A stretch of 64,000 nt of DNA from Candidatus Eremiobacteria bacterium. GTDB lineage: Bacteria; Vulcanimicrobiota; Vulcanimicrobiia; Vulcanimicrobiales; Vulcanimicrobiaceae. A program made the translations under genes and the position numbers. Within the stretch, counting starts at the first letter, position 1. Each line of letters begins with the position of its first letter. The stretch is taken from positions 1,248,001 through 1,312,000 of the forward strand of contig CAVTRC010000001.1 of NCBI GenBank assembly GCA_963737065.1, read 5' to 3'. Below are positions 1 through 9,994 of the stretch, one piece after another. The notes below the pieces were generated by a model. That model was not told the origin of the DNA. It did no database searches and saw only the letters and a list, made by a program, of their open reading frames with translations.

Positions 1-18
1 AAGCGGTCGACGATGCGA

Positions 19-1752
19 TTACGCGCTTCCTCGCAGCGGCTCCATGACGCGCTCGTAGCGCTGCCGCATGCGGACCGCGTCGATGTGGTCGTACGCGCGC
101 GCCGCTTCGCGCGCCAGATCTTCCAGCAGGTCGACCTCATCGGGATCGAGCTGCGCGCCGTTCGTATGCGCGCCGTAGAGCGTGAACGAGACTAGTTCGT
201 GACGCACGAGAACCGGAATTGCAAGCACGTAAATCGCGCTGTTCTCTCGCTCGAGATGTGAGCGCAGTTGTTCGAGCCAGACGCTCTCCTCATTGGCTTG
301 CAGCATGCGGACGAGCAAATGATTCGGATCGAAGCCGGGTGGCGCAACGGGCGTGTTCGGTGAGGTGGCGACGCCCTCGAACCGTCCGCCGTCGCTGCGC
401 CGGTAGAGCGCGGCGGCGCTCAGGTTGAGCGCCTCGGCCGGAACGTCAACGAGCGCCTCGGACACCGCCGCTTCTTCCGTTGCGTAGGGAAGCGCAGCGG
501 CCGTGCGTTTCAAGTACCGTTCGGCGAGCCGGCGATGCCGAAAGAAGATGCGCTCCACCGCCGCTTCGATCGCTTTGTTGATCCGGTCGAGCAGTAGCCC
601 GATCGCAATCGTCGCGACAAGTTCAAAGACGACTGCGAGATGGTATTCGGAGAGCACGTGTGAGAACAACCAGTCGAGAAGCGAGACGACGGCGATAACA
701 AAGACCGAGAGGATGCCGTATGCGAGCGCACGATTGAGCACGAAGTTCACATCGAGCACGCGATGACGAAGAACTGCGTACCCGACCGTAATCGGCATTG
801 CGACGACGGCGTATCCGATGATTTGCTTGGCTGCGTCCGGGATGCCGGGAACGAAGTACACGGCGTACGCGATGAACGAAACCACCATTCCGATCACCAG
901 AAATCCGACGCGCTGGCGCACGGCCGGGGTCGCATGTTTGAACTTTCCGATCAAAATGTACGTCGCGAGCGCGAACACTCCGAGCGGCAGCCAGACGTCG
1001 GAAATCGTGACGAACGGACTCGGCATGCCGATCTTCCAAAGTTGAAACCAGTTGTACGTATACGCTGCAAATGCAAACGCGATAACGACCCAAATTGCTC
1101 GATCGAAAACGCGCGAAAAACCGGTTAAGCGATTGTCCGGGAACCGTATGATGAACGGCAGCAGCGGCAAAACGGCGAAATTGCCGAAGATCGTGCTGAG
1201 CAGAAACGTCAGCGGAATGAAGAGAGCGCGCGGCAGCAGCGCGTGAAAGTATTCGAACGTCGGCTGCGTGGAAAAATAGCCGATCGCGACCGCGTAAAAG
1301 CTCCACGTCATCACGCTCGGCCGCACGAACACGAGTCCGAATGCGACGACTAAAAAGACGGTGGCCGGAATGATGGCCAGTAATCCGGTCGTGCGATCCC
1401 AGACGCTGAATCGCGGAACGGGAACCGCATCGAGGGTAACGGTATAGCCGCGCCCGTCGGGATGCACCAAAGTGAAGGTCGCGCGATCCCCGGCGCGCGG
1501 GTATTCGAGATCGAGAATCTGTTCGGAAAACGGCTCGTCACCGGCAATAAGATCGCCGGCACGCACACCCGCGCGATCCGCCGGCGAACCGCCCGCAACG
1601 CGTTCGATTTCCCGGAATCCTCCGCGCGCTCCGGAAACGCCATACGTTCCATCGCCCCAGCGGCCGACGTAGTCCGCATGCCCGAGCGGCGCATAAAAAA
1701 GAACGACGACGACTGCCGTGACGAGGACGAGAACGCTTCGGGCGAGCGCCAT
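19..1752 (-). CDS. PDZ-domain multi-pass membrane protein with C-terminal GAF domain
   Basis: Signal peptide, PDZ-like 'GSPADRAGVRAGDLI', about 8 TM segments, GAF-like 'LAIPVLVRHELVSFTLYG...DEVDLLEDLA'; no output domain. Confidence 0.7.
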   Translation of the reverse strand: MALARSVLVLVTAVVVVLFYAPLGHADYVGRWGDGTYGVSGARGGFREIERVAGGSPADRAGVRAGDLIAGDEPFSEQILDLEYPRAGDRATFTLVHPDGRGYTVTLDAVPVPRFSVWDRTTGLLAIIPATVFLVVAFGLVFVRPSVMTWSFYAVAIGYFSTQPTFEYFHALLPRALFIPLTFLLSTIFGNFAVLPLLPFIIRFPDNRLTGFSRVFDRAIWVVIAFAFAAYTYNWFQLWKIGMPSPFVTISDVWLPLGVFALATYILIGKFKHATPAVRQRVGFLVIGMVVSFIAYAVYFVPGIPDAAKQIIGYAVVAMPITVGYAVLRHRVLDVNFVLNRALAYGILSVFVIAVVSLLDWLFSHVLSEYHLAVVFELVATIAIGLLLDRINKAIEAAVERIFFRHRRLAERYLKRTAAALPYATEEAAVSEALVDVPAEALNLSAAALYRRSDGGRFEGVATSPNTPVAPPGFDPNHLLVRMLQANEESVWLEQLRSHLERENSAIYVLAIPVLVRHELVSFTLYGAHTNGAQLDPDEVDLLEDLAREAARAYDHIDAVRMRQRYERVMEPLRGSA

Positions 1753-1766
1753 AGCGTCGTGCTTTG

Positions 1767-3452
1767 CTAAACCGGGTCGGGACTACTCTGCGGCGCGGGC
1801 GTCGGCAGGCCGAGCGGATCGACGCCGAGCGCGATTCCCGCCTCTTTGTACGCATCGAATACCCGACCGTTGATTTCGCGACGGACGTCGAATTGCCGCA
1901 ACGGCGCCGTGCGAATCGACGCGCGAAGCACGACGCCGTTGTTCTGAAGGCGTTCGACACCGATCCATTCAGCCGGTTCCAGGATCGCATGTTGCCAACG
2001 CCCGTCTGCCTTGAGCTCGTCGACCGTTTTGCGCAGCGTATCGATTGCTTTCGCGAGATCCGCGCCGGGATCGATTGCAATACGGTAGTCGACGCGCGCC
2101 CAATTGCGCGATGCGTTGACGACTTGCGTGACCGCGCTATGCGGAATCGTGATGAGATATCCGCGTAGATCTCGCAGTTGCAACACGCGCAGCGTCAGAT
2201 TCTCGACGACGCCGTTGTAGTCGCCGATCATCACGTAATCGCCGACGACGTATTGATCTTCCATGAGCACCAGCAAGCCGTTGAGTACGTCCTTCACGAG
2301 CGTTTGCGCGGCGAAGCCGACGGCAAGGGCTGCGATCCCGCCGATCGTGACGACGGAGGCGATCGGAATATTAAGTTGCCCAAGCGTTATCAAAATCGCA
2401 ATGAACAGAACGACGAACGTCTTGAATCCGCCGATCGTACGCGAAATCGTCGGCGCGCGAAGCGTGTAACGAGCGCGGTCTTCGCTCGTCGCACCGCGGT
2501 GCGCGTAGAGATCTGCAAACCGCACGATCGCAAGCTCCAGCACGCGATCTACCAAGCCCGCAACGAGCCACACGAAAATGATGCGCCCGGTCGCGCCGAC
2601 GATGAATTGCCCGATCGGCGTCGTCTGTGGAAATAAAAACAGCGCCCAGGTAATGCCGGCGGCCCACAGTACGACTCCCAGCCAAACCACGCCGCTCGCG
2701 TACGCGCGATAGCGGCGCAGACGTTGTTCTGGAGCTGCCGCACGTATTCCGAGCGCGAGCGCGCGCCGACGACGCTTTTGCGCGGAATCGCCGGAGCGCT
2801 CCGCCGTATCGACCGTTTCGCGTTCGAGCGACTCGTGACGCTCCTCTACGCGCTTTCTGAGTTGCGCGATGACGCGCTCGAGGAACGCCCACAAAATGAA
2901 GAGACCGACGGTCAGTACGGCGAGTGCGACGGCAAACCGTATAACGCGAATGATGTTGTGGCGAATCGCTCGTGGCTCGCGTTTTATCAGCGCGGTTTTC
3001 AGCGCGCTCTGAAGTTGCGTTTGCCACTGCGCGGCTAAATCGCTATCGTTCAATCCGAAGGCACTCGTATCGCTGGACGTCACGGTCACGATTGCAAGGC
3101 CCGCGGTGTGGCGTGCATCGTGCGCTTCGAGCGCGTATTGCGATCCTTCTCGCGTAATCGCCACGTTGAACGTGTTCGGTTCGTAGAGTGTCGTGCCGTT
3201 GTCCGGGTCCGCCGCGAGGACTTGGTTGACGGCATTCTCGACGAGGAGCACGCGTGTATCGATCGGCTGGCTCCCGCCGCTGGCTAGAGCGGCGATGCGT
3301 ATGACGGGCTGGCCGTCGACGCTCACGGGCGCGGTGACATACAGCCCCTGCTGCTTCACGCCCGCGATCGGACCCGAGCTTGGGATCGGCATGCTCGGAA
3401 GTATCTGGGCCTGAGCCGGTGCCGCGAGCAAGATGCAAATTGTCGCGCACAT
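1767..3452 (-). CDS. MscS-family mechanosensitive channel with N-terminal periplasmic domain
   Basis: 'GFAAQTLVKDVLNG...QYVVGDYVMIG...GVVENLTLR...IPHS' MscS core; start placed at MCATIC (signal peptide) to avoid overlap with nadA. Confidence 0.85.
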   Translation of the reverse strand: MCATICILLAAPAQAQILPSMPIPSSGPIAGVKQQGLYVTAPVSVDGQPVIRIAALASGGSQPIDTRVLLVENAVNQVLAADPDNGTTLYEPNTFNVAITREGSQYALEAHDARHTAGLAIVTVTSSDTSAFGLNDSDLAAQWQTQLQSALKTALIKREPRAIRHNIIRVIRFAVALAVLTVGLFILWAFLERVIAQLRKRVEERHESLERETVDTAERSGDSAQKRRRRALALGIRAAAPEQRLRRYRAYASGVVWLGVVLWAAGITWALFLFPQTTPIGQFIVGATGRIIFVWLVAGLVDRVLELAIVRFADLYAHRGATSEDRARYTLRAPTISRTIGGFKTFVVLFIAILITLGQLNIPIASVVTIGGIAALAVGFAAQTLVKDVLNGLLVLMEDQYVVGDYVMIGDYNGVVENLTLRVLQLRDLRGYLITIPHSAVTQVVNASRNWARVDYRIAIDPGADLAKAIDTLRKTVDELKADGRWQHAILEPAEWIGVERLQNNGVVLRASIRTAPLRQFDVRREINGRVFDAYKEAGIALGVDPLGLPTPAPQSSPDPV

Positions 3453-3516
3453 TGTGTGTATATAGAAGTAGCGGAAGGTGCGGCAAGCCGCCGACCGCAA
3501 GAGCAATAACAAGCCC

Positions 3517-4530
3517 ATGAGCCTCATCGATCTAGACCTTACCCCGGACGTCGAAGACCAGACGAACGCAATTTTCGAGCGCGTCGAGCATGTGATTCCT
3601 CGCGTCGAGTGGGCTATCCACGCCCCATATGTCGCTGCCATCAATCGCTTGAAACACGAGCGCAATGCGGTCATTTTGGCGCACAACTATCAAGTCCCGG
3701 AAATTTACCATACGGTTGCGGATATCGTCGGCGACTCGCTCGCGCTCGCGATGAAAGCCGCGGAGACCGACGCGGACGTGATCGTGCTTTCGGGCGTGCA
3801 CTTCATGGCTGAGACGGCAAAGCTGGTCAATCCCGAAAAAACCGTGCTGGTTCCCGATCTACGCGCGGGATGTTCGCTTGCGGAGTCGATTACAGCCGCG
3901 GACGTCCGTCTCTTGCGCGAACGCTATCCCGGCGTTCCGGTCGTCAGCTACGTCAATACGTCGGCGGACGTAAAGGCTGAATCGGACGTCTGCGTGACAA
4001 GCGGCAACGCGGTGCGCATCGTGAACGCGCTCAATGCTCCGCGCGTGATCTTCCTGCCAGATGAGTATCTCGCAAAGTACGTCGCGTCCCAGACGAAGAC
4101 GGAGATCATCGCGTGGAAAGGTCACTGCGAAGTACACGAGCGGTTTACCGGGAACGATATTCGCCGCTATCGTCAAGGCGAACCGGCTCTCATAGTCATC
4201 GCGCATCCCGAATGTCCGCCGGACGTGTTAGCGCAAGCGGACTACGTCGGGTCCACGCAAGGCATGTCCGATTACGTCGAGGGAATCTCGACTCTGCGCC
4301 GGCCCCGCGTGCTGCTGATGACGGAATGTTCGATGGCGGATAACGTTTCTGCGAAACATCCCAGTGTCGAATTCGTGCGGCCGTGCAATTTGTGCCCGCA
4401 CATGAAGCGCAACACGCTCGCGAAGATCCTTCATTCGCTCGAGACGATGGAATACGAAGTGACCGTCGATCCCCTGGTTGCGGTCCGCGCCCGCGCCGCG
4501 GTGGAGCGAATGCTCGCGTACAGCCGGTGA
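3517..4530 (+). CDS. nadA: Quinolinate synthase A
   Basis: 'ILAHNYQ', 'GDSL', '[10 protein letters not shown]', 'AGCSLA', 'CEVH', 'AHPEC', 'CPHMK'. Confidence 0.97.
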   Translation: MSLIDLDLTPDVEDQTNAIFERVEHVIPRVEWAIHAPYVAAINRLKHERNAVILAHNYQVPEIYHTVADIVGDSLALAMKAAETDADVIVLSGVHFMAETAKLVNPEKTVLVPDLRAGCSLAESITAADVRLLRERYPGVPVVSYVNTSADVKAESDVCVTSGNAVRIVNALNAPRVIFLPDEYLAKYVASQTKTEIIAWKGHCEVHERFTGNDIRRYRQGEPALIVIAHPECPPDVLAQADYVGSTQGMSDYVEGISTLRRPRVLLMTECSMADNVSAKHPSVEFVRPCNLCPHMKRNTLAKILHSLETMEYEVTVDPLVAVRARAAVERMLAYSR

Positions 4531-5381
4531 TCCAACCCCATCGCATTGCGATCGAGCACGTCATTCATACGGCGTTGCTCGAAGATCTCGCGCACGGGAA
4601 TGACGTGACGACCGACTCGATCGTTCCGTCCGAAGCCCGTGCCGGTGCGTGCGTCGTTGCGCGCGCGCCCGGCGTCCTGGCCGGCCTCGACGCGGCGTTG
4701 CTGACATTCGAATTGCTCGATCGCGACGGCATACGCGCGTCCCGGGCGCGCAGTGACGGTCAACGGATAGAGCGCGGCGACACCGTCGTGGAGTTGAACG
4801 GCCGAGCGCGCGCGTTGCTCACCGGTGAACGTACGATGCTCAACGTGCTTTGCCGCATGAGTGGAATCGCGACCGCGACGCGCGCGCTCGTCGACGCGGT
4901 CGCCGGCACGCGCGCGCATATCGCGGACACTCGCAAGACGACGCCCGGATTACGCGCGCTGGAAAAATATGCCGTGCGCTGCGGAGGCGGATCGAATCAT
5001 CGCTTCGGACTCGACGACGCTGTCTTGATCAAAGACAACCATCTCGCACTCGCCGGCTCGATTCACGAAGCTGTTGCGCGCGTGCGTGCCGTCGCAGGCC
5101 ACATGCGCAAGATCGAGGTCGAAGTCGATACGCTCGAACAGCTGCGTGAGGCGCTGGACGAACCGATCGACGCCGTGCTGCTCGACAATATGAATCCCGC
5201 GACACTCGCAGAAGCCGTACGCATCGTGGACAAACGCATCATCACCGAGGCGAGCGGAGGCATCCGCCTCGAAACCGTGCGCGCGGTTGCGGAGAGCGGC
5301 GTCGATTTGATTTCCGTCGGCTCGCTGACGCACAGCGCACCGGCCCTCGACTTCGGATTAGACGTCACCCTGTCGCGCTAG
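4527..5381 (+). CDS. nadC: Nicotinate-nucleotide diphosphorylase (quinolinate phosphoribosyltransferase)
   Basis: '[10 protein letters not shown]', '[16 protein letters not shown]', 'EASGGI', 'SVGSLTHSA'; GTGA overlap with nadA stop. Confidence 0.97.
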   Translation: MIQPHRIAIEHVIHTALLEDLAHGNDVTTDSIVPSEARAGACVVARAPGVLAGLDAALLTFELLDRDGIRASRARSDGQRIERGDTVVELNGRARALLTGERTMLNVLCRMSGIATATRALVDAVAGTRAHIADTRKTTPGLRALEKYAVRCGGGSNHRFGLDDAVLIKDNHLALAGSIHEAVARVRAVAGHMRKIEVEVDTLEQLREALDEPIDAVLLDNMNPATLAEAVRIVDKRIITEASGGIRLETVRAVAESGVDLISVGSLTHSAPALDFGLDVTLSR

Positions 5382-5803
5382 TGGTACGTCGTGAGATAGA
5401 GCGCGACGACGAGGCCAATTGCGGCGACGAGTAGCGTGATGATGTAGCCGCCGGCCCGCGGCAGCGACGTTACGACGCCGGTGTGCAACGCTTTGTCGGC
5501 GGCCGCGTAGCGCCACGCGCCGAGTACGCCGATCGCCACGCCTGCGATCGCCATGATCGCCCCGAACGCCGTCGAGTAATGCGGACCGCTCAAACGCACG
5601 TGCGCAAATTGCGAGAGCTGTTCGACGAACAAAGCGAAGCGCGCGACGACGAATCCGAATGCGATGAACGCAAGCGCCGTGCGCACGTACGCGAGAAACG
5701 TACGTTCGTTTGCGAGAACGTCCGTGGCCTTCACGTCCGTCGTCATCGGGCGCTCGTTCGAGGCCGCGTCGCTATCGCGAACGTCGGCGGTTGTACGCGA
5801 CAT
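5378..5803 (-). CDS. DUF202/YidH-family membrane protein
   Basis: 'DVLANERTFLAYVRTALAFIAFG' signature, 3 TM. Confidence 0.9.
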   Translation of the reverse strand: MSRTTADVRDSDAASNERPMTTDVKATDVLANERTFLAYVRTALAFIAFGFVVARFALFVEQLSQFAHVRLSGPHYSTAFGAIMAIAGVAIGVLGAWRYAAADKALHTGVVTSLPRAGGYIITLLVAAIGLVVALYLTTYH

Positions 5804-5861
5804 GTGCCGGTTCTACCCGCCACATGCCGGGGTTCCCGCCGGGCGTCCCGAAGTCGTCGCC

Positions 5862-7256
5862 ATGCCGTCAAAAGATCTGCACGAACGTCCCGCCGCAAAG
5901 ACCACCAGCTACGATCCCGAGACGCCGCAAGCGCTCATCGAGTTCATGTCGGGCGACTGGGTCGACGCGCCGGTTCGCATTGCTGCGCACGCGCAGCTCA
6001 CGCGGCTGCAAGCACGACGCGATGCGCTCTCTCGCGCGTTTCCCGGGCAATACGTCGTGATTCCCGCCGGGCGGGAGCAAGTGCGCGCGAACGACACGTA
6101 TTTCCGGTTTCGTCCATCGAGCGACTTCGCGTACGTGATGGGTGACGGCGAACCCGGATCGCTGCTCGTGATGGAACCCGACGGCGCCTCGCACCGGACG
6201 CTTCTGTTCGCGCCCGAGCACAATCGCGGCAAAGCAGAGTTTTTTACCGACCGCATCGCCGGTGAATTGTGGGTCGGCCGCCATCGAGGATTGGACGAGA
6301 GCGAGATCTTTTACGGCGTCGACCGTTGCCGCCCGCTGCAACAGATCGACGACTATCTCAAGTCCCTGCAAACGTCGAACGCGCCGCTTGCTGATGAACG
6401 GCAAGTTGCCGTGCATCTCGCGGAGATGCGCTTGATCAAAGACGAATACGAGATCTCCGAGTTGCGCAAAGCGTGCGAAGTCACGAAGCGCGCATTCGAA
6501 GACGTCATTCGCACGTTCCCGTCCGCAACGACCGAACGCCAATTCGAAGCCGCATTTTGGGCACGTGCGCGGATCGAAGCAAACGACGTGGGATATTTGA
6601 CCATTGCGGCCGCCGGCCACCATGCCTGCACCTTGCACTGGAATCGCAACGATGGACGCATCGAACCGGGAACGATGCTCCTGCTGGACGCGGGCGTCGA
6701 GTGCGATTCGCTCTACACCGCGGACGTCACACGCACGTTGCCGGTCGGCGGGAAATACACCGCGGCGCAGCGCGCGATCTACGAGATCGTCTGGGAAGCG
6801 CAACGCGCCGGCATCGATGCCGTTGCGCCCGGCGTTGATTTTCTCGAACCGAATCGTCGCGCGATGCGCGTGCTCGCGCGGGGGCTCGTCGAGCTCGGTA
6901 TCCTGCGCGTCTCACTCGATGAAGCGCTCGATCCGGAGCATCAATTCTATCGCCGCTACACGCTGCACAACGTAAGCCATATGTTGGGGCTTGACGTGCA
7001 CGATTGCGCACACTCCCGTAGCGAAAACTATCGGTACGGAGCGTTACGCGAAGGCATGGTGCTCACCGTCGAACCGGGCTTGTATTTTCAACCCGACGAC
7101 GCAACCGTTCCGAATGAATTCCGCGGCATCGGCGTGCGCATTGAAGACGACATCGCCGTCACGGCCGCCGGATGCGAGAACCTCTCCGCCATTCTGCCGT
7201 CGAAGGTGGAAAAGGTCGAACGCTGGATCGCGGAGCTTACATCGTCGTCGGCATAG
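5862..7256 (+). CDS. pepP: Xaa-Pro aminopeptidase (M24B)
   Basis: 'RANDTYFRFRPSSDF', 'LLDAG...YTADVTRT', 'HMLGLDVHD', 'TVEPGLYF', 'GVRIEDD'. Confidence 0.93.
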   Translation: MPSKDLHERPAAKTTSYDPETPQALIEFMSGDWVDAPVRIAAHAQLTRLQARRDALSRAFPGQYVVIPAGREQVRANDTYFRFRPSSDFAYVMGDGEPGSLLVMEPDGASHRTLLFAPEHNRGKAEFFTDRIAGELWVGRHRGLDESEIFYGVDRCRPLQQIDDYLKSLQTSNAPLADERQVAVHLAEMRLIKDEYEISELRKACEVTKRAFEDVIRTFPSATTERQFEAAFWARARIEANDVGYLTIAAAGHHACTLHWNRNDGRIEPGTMLLLDAGVECDSLYTADVTRTLPVGGKYTAAQRAIYEIVWEAQRAGIDAVAPGVDFLEPNRRAMRVLARGLVELGILRVSLDEALDPEHQFYRRYTLHNVSHMLGLDVHDCAHSRSENYRYGALREGMVLTVEPGLYFQPDDATVPNEFRGIGVRIEDDIAVTAAGCENLSAILPSKVEKVERWIAELTSSSA

Positions 7257-7527
7257 TGCCCGGCACGGCGGGCGCCATGGGACGCTCGTTCGGCCACGTT
7301 GAGAACGCCAGGATGGCGAGACAAACGAGAAAGCCGACCGATGGAATCAAACACAGCAGTCCCAGCGCGCCGGGGAATCCGGCTTTCACGAACACGCGCC
7401 AAAACATCCAGATAAACAGTACGGTGAGCGCGAGCGCGACGATGAGAATGGTTCCCATCATCGCGCTCACGGCGGCAATGGTACGCGCCGTCGCGTCGTC
7501 GGTTGCGGCATCGGCTAAAACGAACAT
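7237..7527 (-). CDS. Small membrane protein (2-3 TM)
   Basis: 'FWRVFVKAGFPGALGLLCLIP' hydrophobic pattern; AAGGAG upstream of ATG. Confidence 0.7.
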   Translation of the reverse strand: MFVLADAATDDATARTIAAVSAMMGTILIVALALTVLFIWMFWRVFVKAGFPGALGLLCLIPSVGFLVCLAILAFSTWPNERPMAPAVPGTMPTTM

Positions 7528-7548
7528 GGTCGAGCTCCTTCAACGCTA

Positions 7549-8958
7549 ATGTACAAAGATCAGGTTCTCGTGATCGAGCCTACCGGTATCGAAGTGGTGC
7601 GTGACGCGCAGCGCCACGGAAAACCGCGCGACCTCTTCGGCGTCTGGTTTTCCGCGAATGCCGAGATCGCGACCTGGATGGTCGGTGTATTTGTTACCGC
7701 GCTCTACGGGACCGACCTGCGCAGCGCAACCGCGGGAATCGTTTTCGGGAATCTGCTCGGTTTCTCGCTGCTCGGGGTGCTTGCAGTCGTCGGGCCGCGC
7801 TACGGCGTCCCGCAGATGGTGGCATCCCGGTTGGCCTTCGGACGCGACGGCAACACGGCGCCGGCCGTGCTCTCGTTTTTAGCGGGCGTGGGATGGTTCG
7901 CGATCAACACGGTGTTTGGGGCGTACGCGCTGCAGACGATCGCGGCACTGAATTACGTTGCAGCACTCGCCATCATGCTCGCGCTGCAAATTGTACTTGC
8001 GGTCTACGGGTACAATTTGATTCACGCGTTCGAACGCGCGAGCGCGTTGCTGCTCGCTGCCGGATTCGTGCTGCTCGGTGCAGCGACGCTTCCGCACGCC
8101 GGTTGGAACGCATCCTTCAACGCGCACGCAGCAATGGCAGCGGGCGGTCCGTTCGCCGGGTTCATTTTTGCTACGGCACTCGCGTTTTCGTATGCGACCG
8201 GCTGGGTTCCGTGCGCATCAGATTACTCGCGCTATCTTCCGCGTGAGAGCAATCCGCGTGCCGTATGGTTTTACTCGTTCGCCGGCTGCGCGTTGCCGTG
8301 CATTGCGCTCGAAATCATGGGAGCGGCAACGGTCAGCGCATCGAGCATCGATCTCGGGTCGGCGATTCCGACGCAAGCGATCGCGCAGCTTTTGGGCTCC
8401 GGCGTCATCGCGACCCTGGTGCTCGCGACCGTCGTGCTCGGCACGTTGACGGCGAACTGCATGAACCTCTACTCCGGAGCGCTTGCGGCGCTCGTCGCGT
8501 TCAACGTCCGCATTCCGCGCGCGAGCGCAGCCTTTGTCGTGGGCATCGTCGGCGCGTCGATCGCACTCGGCGGCGGACACCCGCGCGAGATGGCCGAAAG
8601 TTACACGAATTTTCTTCTCTTGCTCTCGTATTGGGCATCGCCGTGGGCTGCCGTCGTTCTCGTCGACTTTTTACGCGATCGATCCATGCAGCGCGATCCT
8701 GCAAACGCGCCTCGTTGGCGCCTCGGGTTCATCGCATGGTGCGCGGGATTGCTCGCATCGCTTCCGTTCTGGAATCAAGCGTTGTTTCAAGGCCCGGTCG
8801 CGCGCGCGTATCCGCAGATCGGCGATTTGTCGTACTACGTCGGATTTATCGTTGCGCTTTTTGTGATGTATGGTACGCCGTTCGTGCGCGAGCGTCTCGG
8901 CGCCGACGCCGGGCGCGGCGAGTTGCAGCCGGCGGCGCACGACGAGTCGAATCGGTAG
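7549..8958 (+). CDS. Purine-cytosine permease (NCS1 family)
   Basis: 'VWFSAN', 'GVPQMVASRLAFG', 'GWFAIN', 'ASDYSRYLP', 'NLYSG'; about 12 TM. Confidence 0.9.
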   Translation: MYKDQVLVIEPTGIEVVRDAQRHGKPRDLFGVWFSANAEIATWMVGVFVTALYGTDLRSATAGIVFGNLLGFSLLGVLAVVGPRYGVPQMVASRLAFGRDGNTAPAVLSFLAGVGWFAINTVFGAYALQTIAALNYVAALAIMLALQIVLAVYGYNLIHAFERASALLLAAGFVLLGAATLPHAGWNASFNAHAAMAAGGPFAGFIFATALAFSYATGWVPCASDYSRYLPRESNPRAVWFYSFAGCALPCIALEIMGAATVSASSIDLGSAIPTQAIAQLLGSGVIATLVLATVVLGTLTANCMNLYSGALAALVAFNVRIPRASAAFVVGIVGASIALGGGHPREMAESYTNFLLLLSYWASPWAAVVLVDFLRDRSMQRDPANAPRWRLGFIAWCAGLLASLPFWNQALFQGPVARAYPQIGDLSYYVGFIVALFVMYGTPFVRERLGADAGRGELQPAAHDESNR

Positions 8959-9026
8959 CTCTTTGCTTCGCCCCCAGCGCCGATTGCGCCACAATCGTGC
9001 CGTGCGGATCGCTTTGTTCTAAGGCG

Positions 9027-9066
9027 TTGACACAAAACCACGTTTGTATTAGCATCGCGATACAAA
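9027..9066 (+). promoter_or_regulatory. sigma70-type promoter with overlapping inverted-repeat operator
   Basis: TTGACA (9027-9032)-N17-TAGCAT (9050-9055); inverted repeat TTTGTAT (9043-9049)/ATACAAA (9060-9066) straddles the -10. Confidence 0.65.
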
Positions 9067-9082
9067 ACAGAAAGAAGCCAGC

Positions 9083-9994
9083 ATGCTAGACGTCGACCAC
9101 ATTCATAAAGAGTTCGGCACGGTCCGTGCCGTCGGCGATGTTCACTTCCGGATCGACGACGGCGCCACGTTCGGGCTGATCGGTCCCAACGGCGCCGGAA
9201 AGACGACCACGATGCGAATGATCCTCGGCATTTTGACGCCCGACGGCGGCTCGATTCGGTGGAACAACGCGCCGGTTCGATACGACAGCCGCAAGCACTT
9301 CGGTTATCTTCCAGAAGAGCGCGGCATCTACGGCAAGATGAAAGTACGCGAGCAAATGTCCTACTTCGGTAAATTGCACGGTCTGCGTGAGCCCGCTCTT
9401 GCCGGCCGCGTGAACCGGTGGATCGAGCGCCTCGGATTGAACGTGTACGCCGACCGTCCGTGCGCGGAGCTTTCCAAAGGCAACCAGCAGAAGGTTCAAC
9501 TCGCATGCGCGGCCGTGCACGATCCGCAACTGCTCGTGCTCGATGAACCCTTCTCCGGCTTGGATCCGGTGAACGCCGACATGCTGCTCGGCGTGCTCAA
9601 TGAATTGAAAGCGCAAGGAACGACGCTCGTGCTTTCGAGCCATCAAATGTGGCAGCTCGAAGAGCTCTGCACGTCGTTCTGCATCATTGCGGGCGGTGAA
9701 AATCGCGTGCAAGGAACGCTGGAGCAACTGCGCGGTGCCTTTCCGACGCGGTTGGTCCGCGTGTCGCCTTCGACTGATGCGGTTGCCAACGTGCTTGGTG
9801 GAGTATCGGGCGCGCAGCCGGGCGTGCAGCCGGCCGCGCCGATGAACGGCAGCGTCGATTACCGCATGCCGGCCGATACGGATTTCGCATCGCTGCTGCG
9901 TTCGCTTGTCGCGGTTGCGCCGGTGACCCGGTTCGAAGCGGTGGAACCGTCGCTTCACGAGATTTATCTTCGCGCCATTGGAGAGGCCGCATGA
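9083..9994 (+). CDS. ABC-2 exporter ATP-binding subunit (NatA-like)
   Basis: Walker A GPNGAGKT, signature LSKGNQQK, Walker B LVLDEP. Confidence 0.92.
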   Translation: MLDVDHIHKEFGTVRAVGDVHFRIDDGATFGLIGPNGAGKTTTMRMILGILTPDGGSIRWNNAPVRYDSRKHFGYLPEERGIYGKMKVREQMSYFGKLHGLREPALAGRVNRWIERLGLNVYADRPCAELSKGNQQKVQLACAAVHDPQLLVLDEPFSGLDPVNADMLLGVLNELKAQGTTLVLSSHQMWQLEELCTSFCIIAGGENRVQGTLEQLRGAFPTRLVRVSPSTDAVANVLGGVSGAQPGVQPAAPMNGSVDYRMPADTDFASLLRSLVAVAPVTRFEAVEPSLHEIYLRAIGEAA

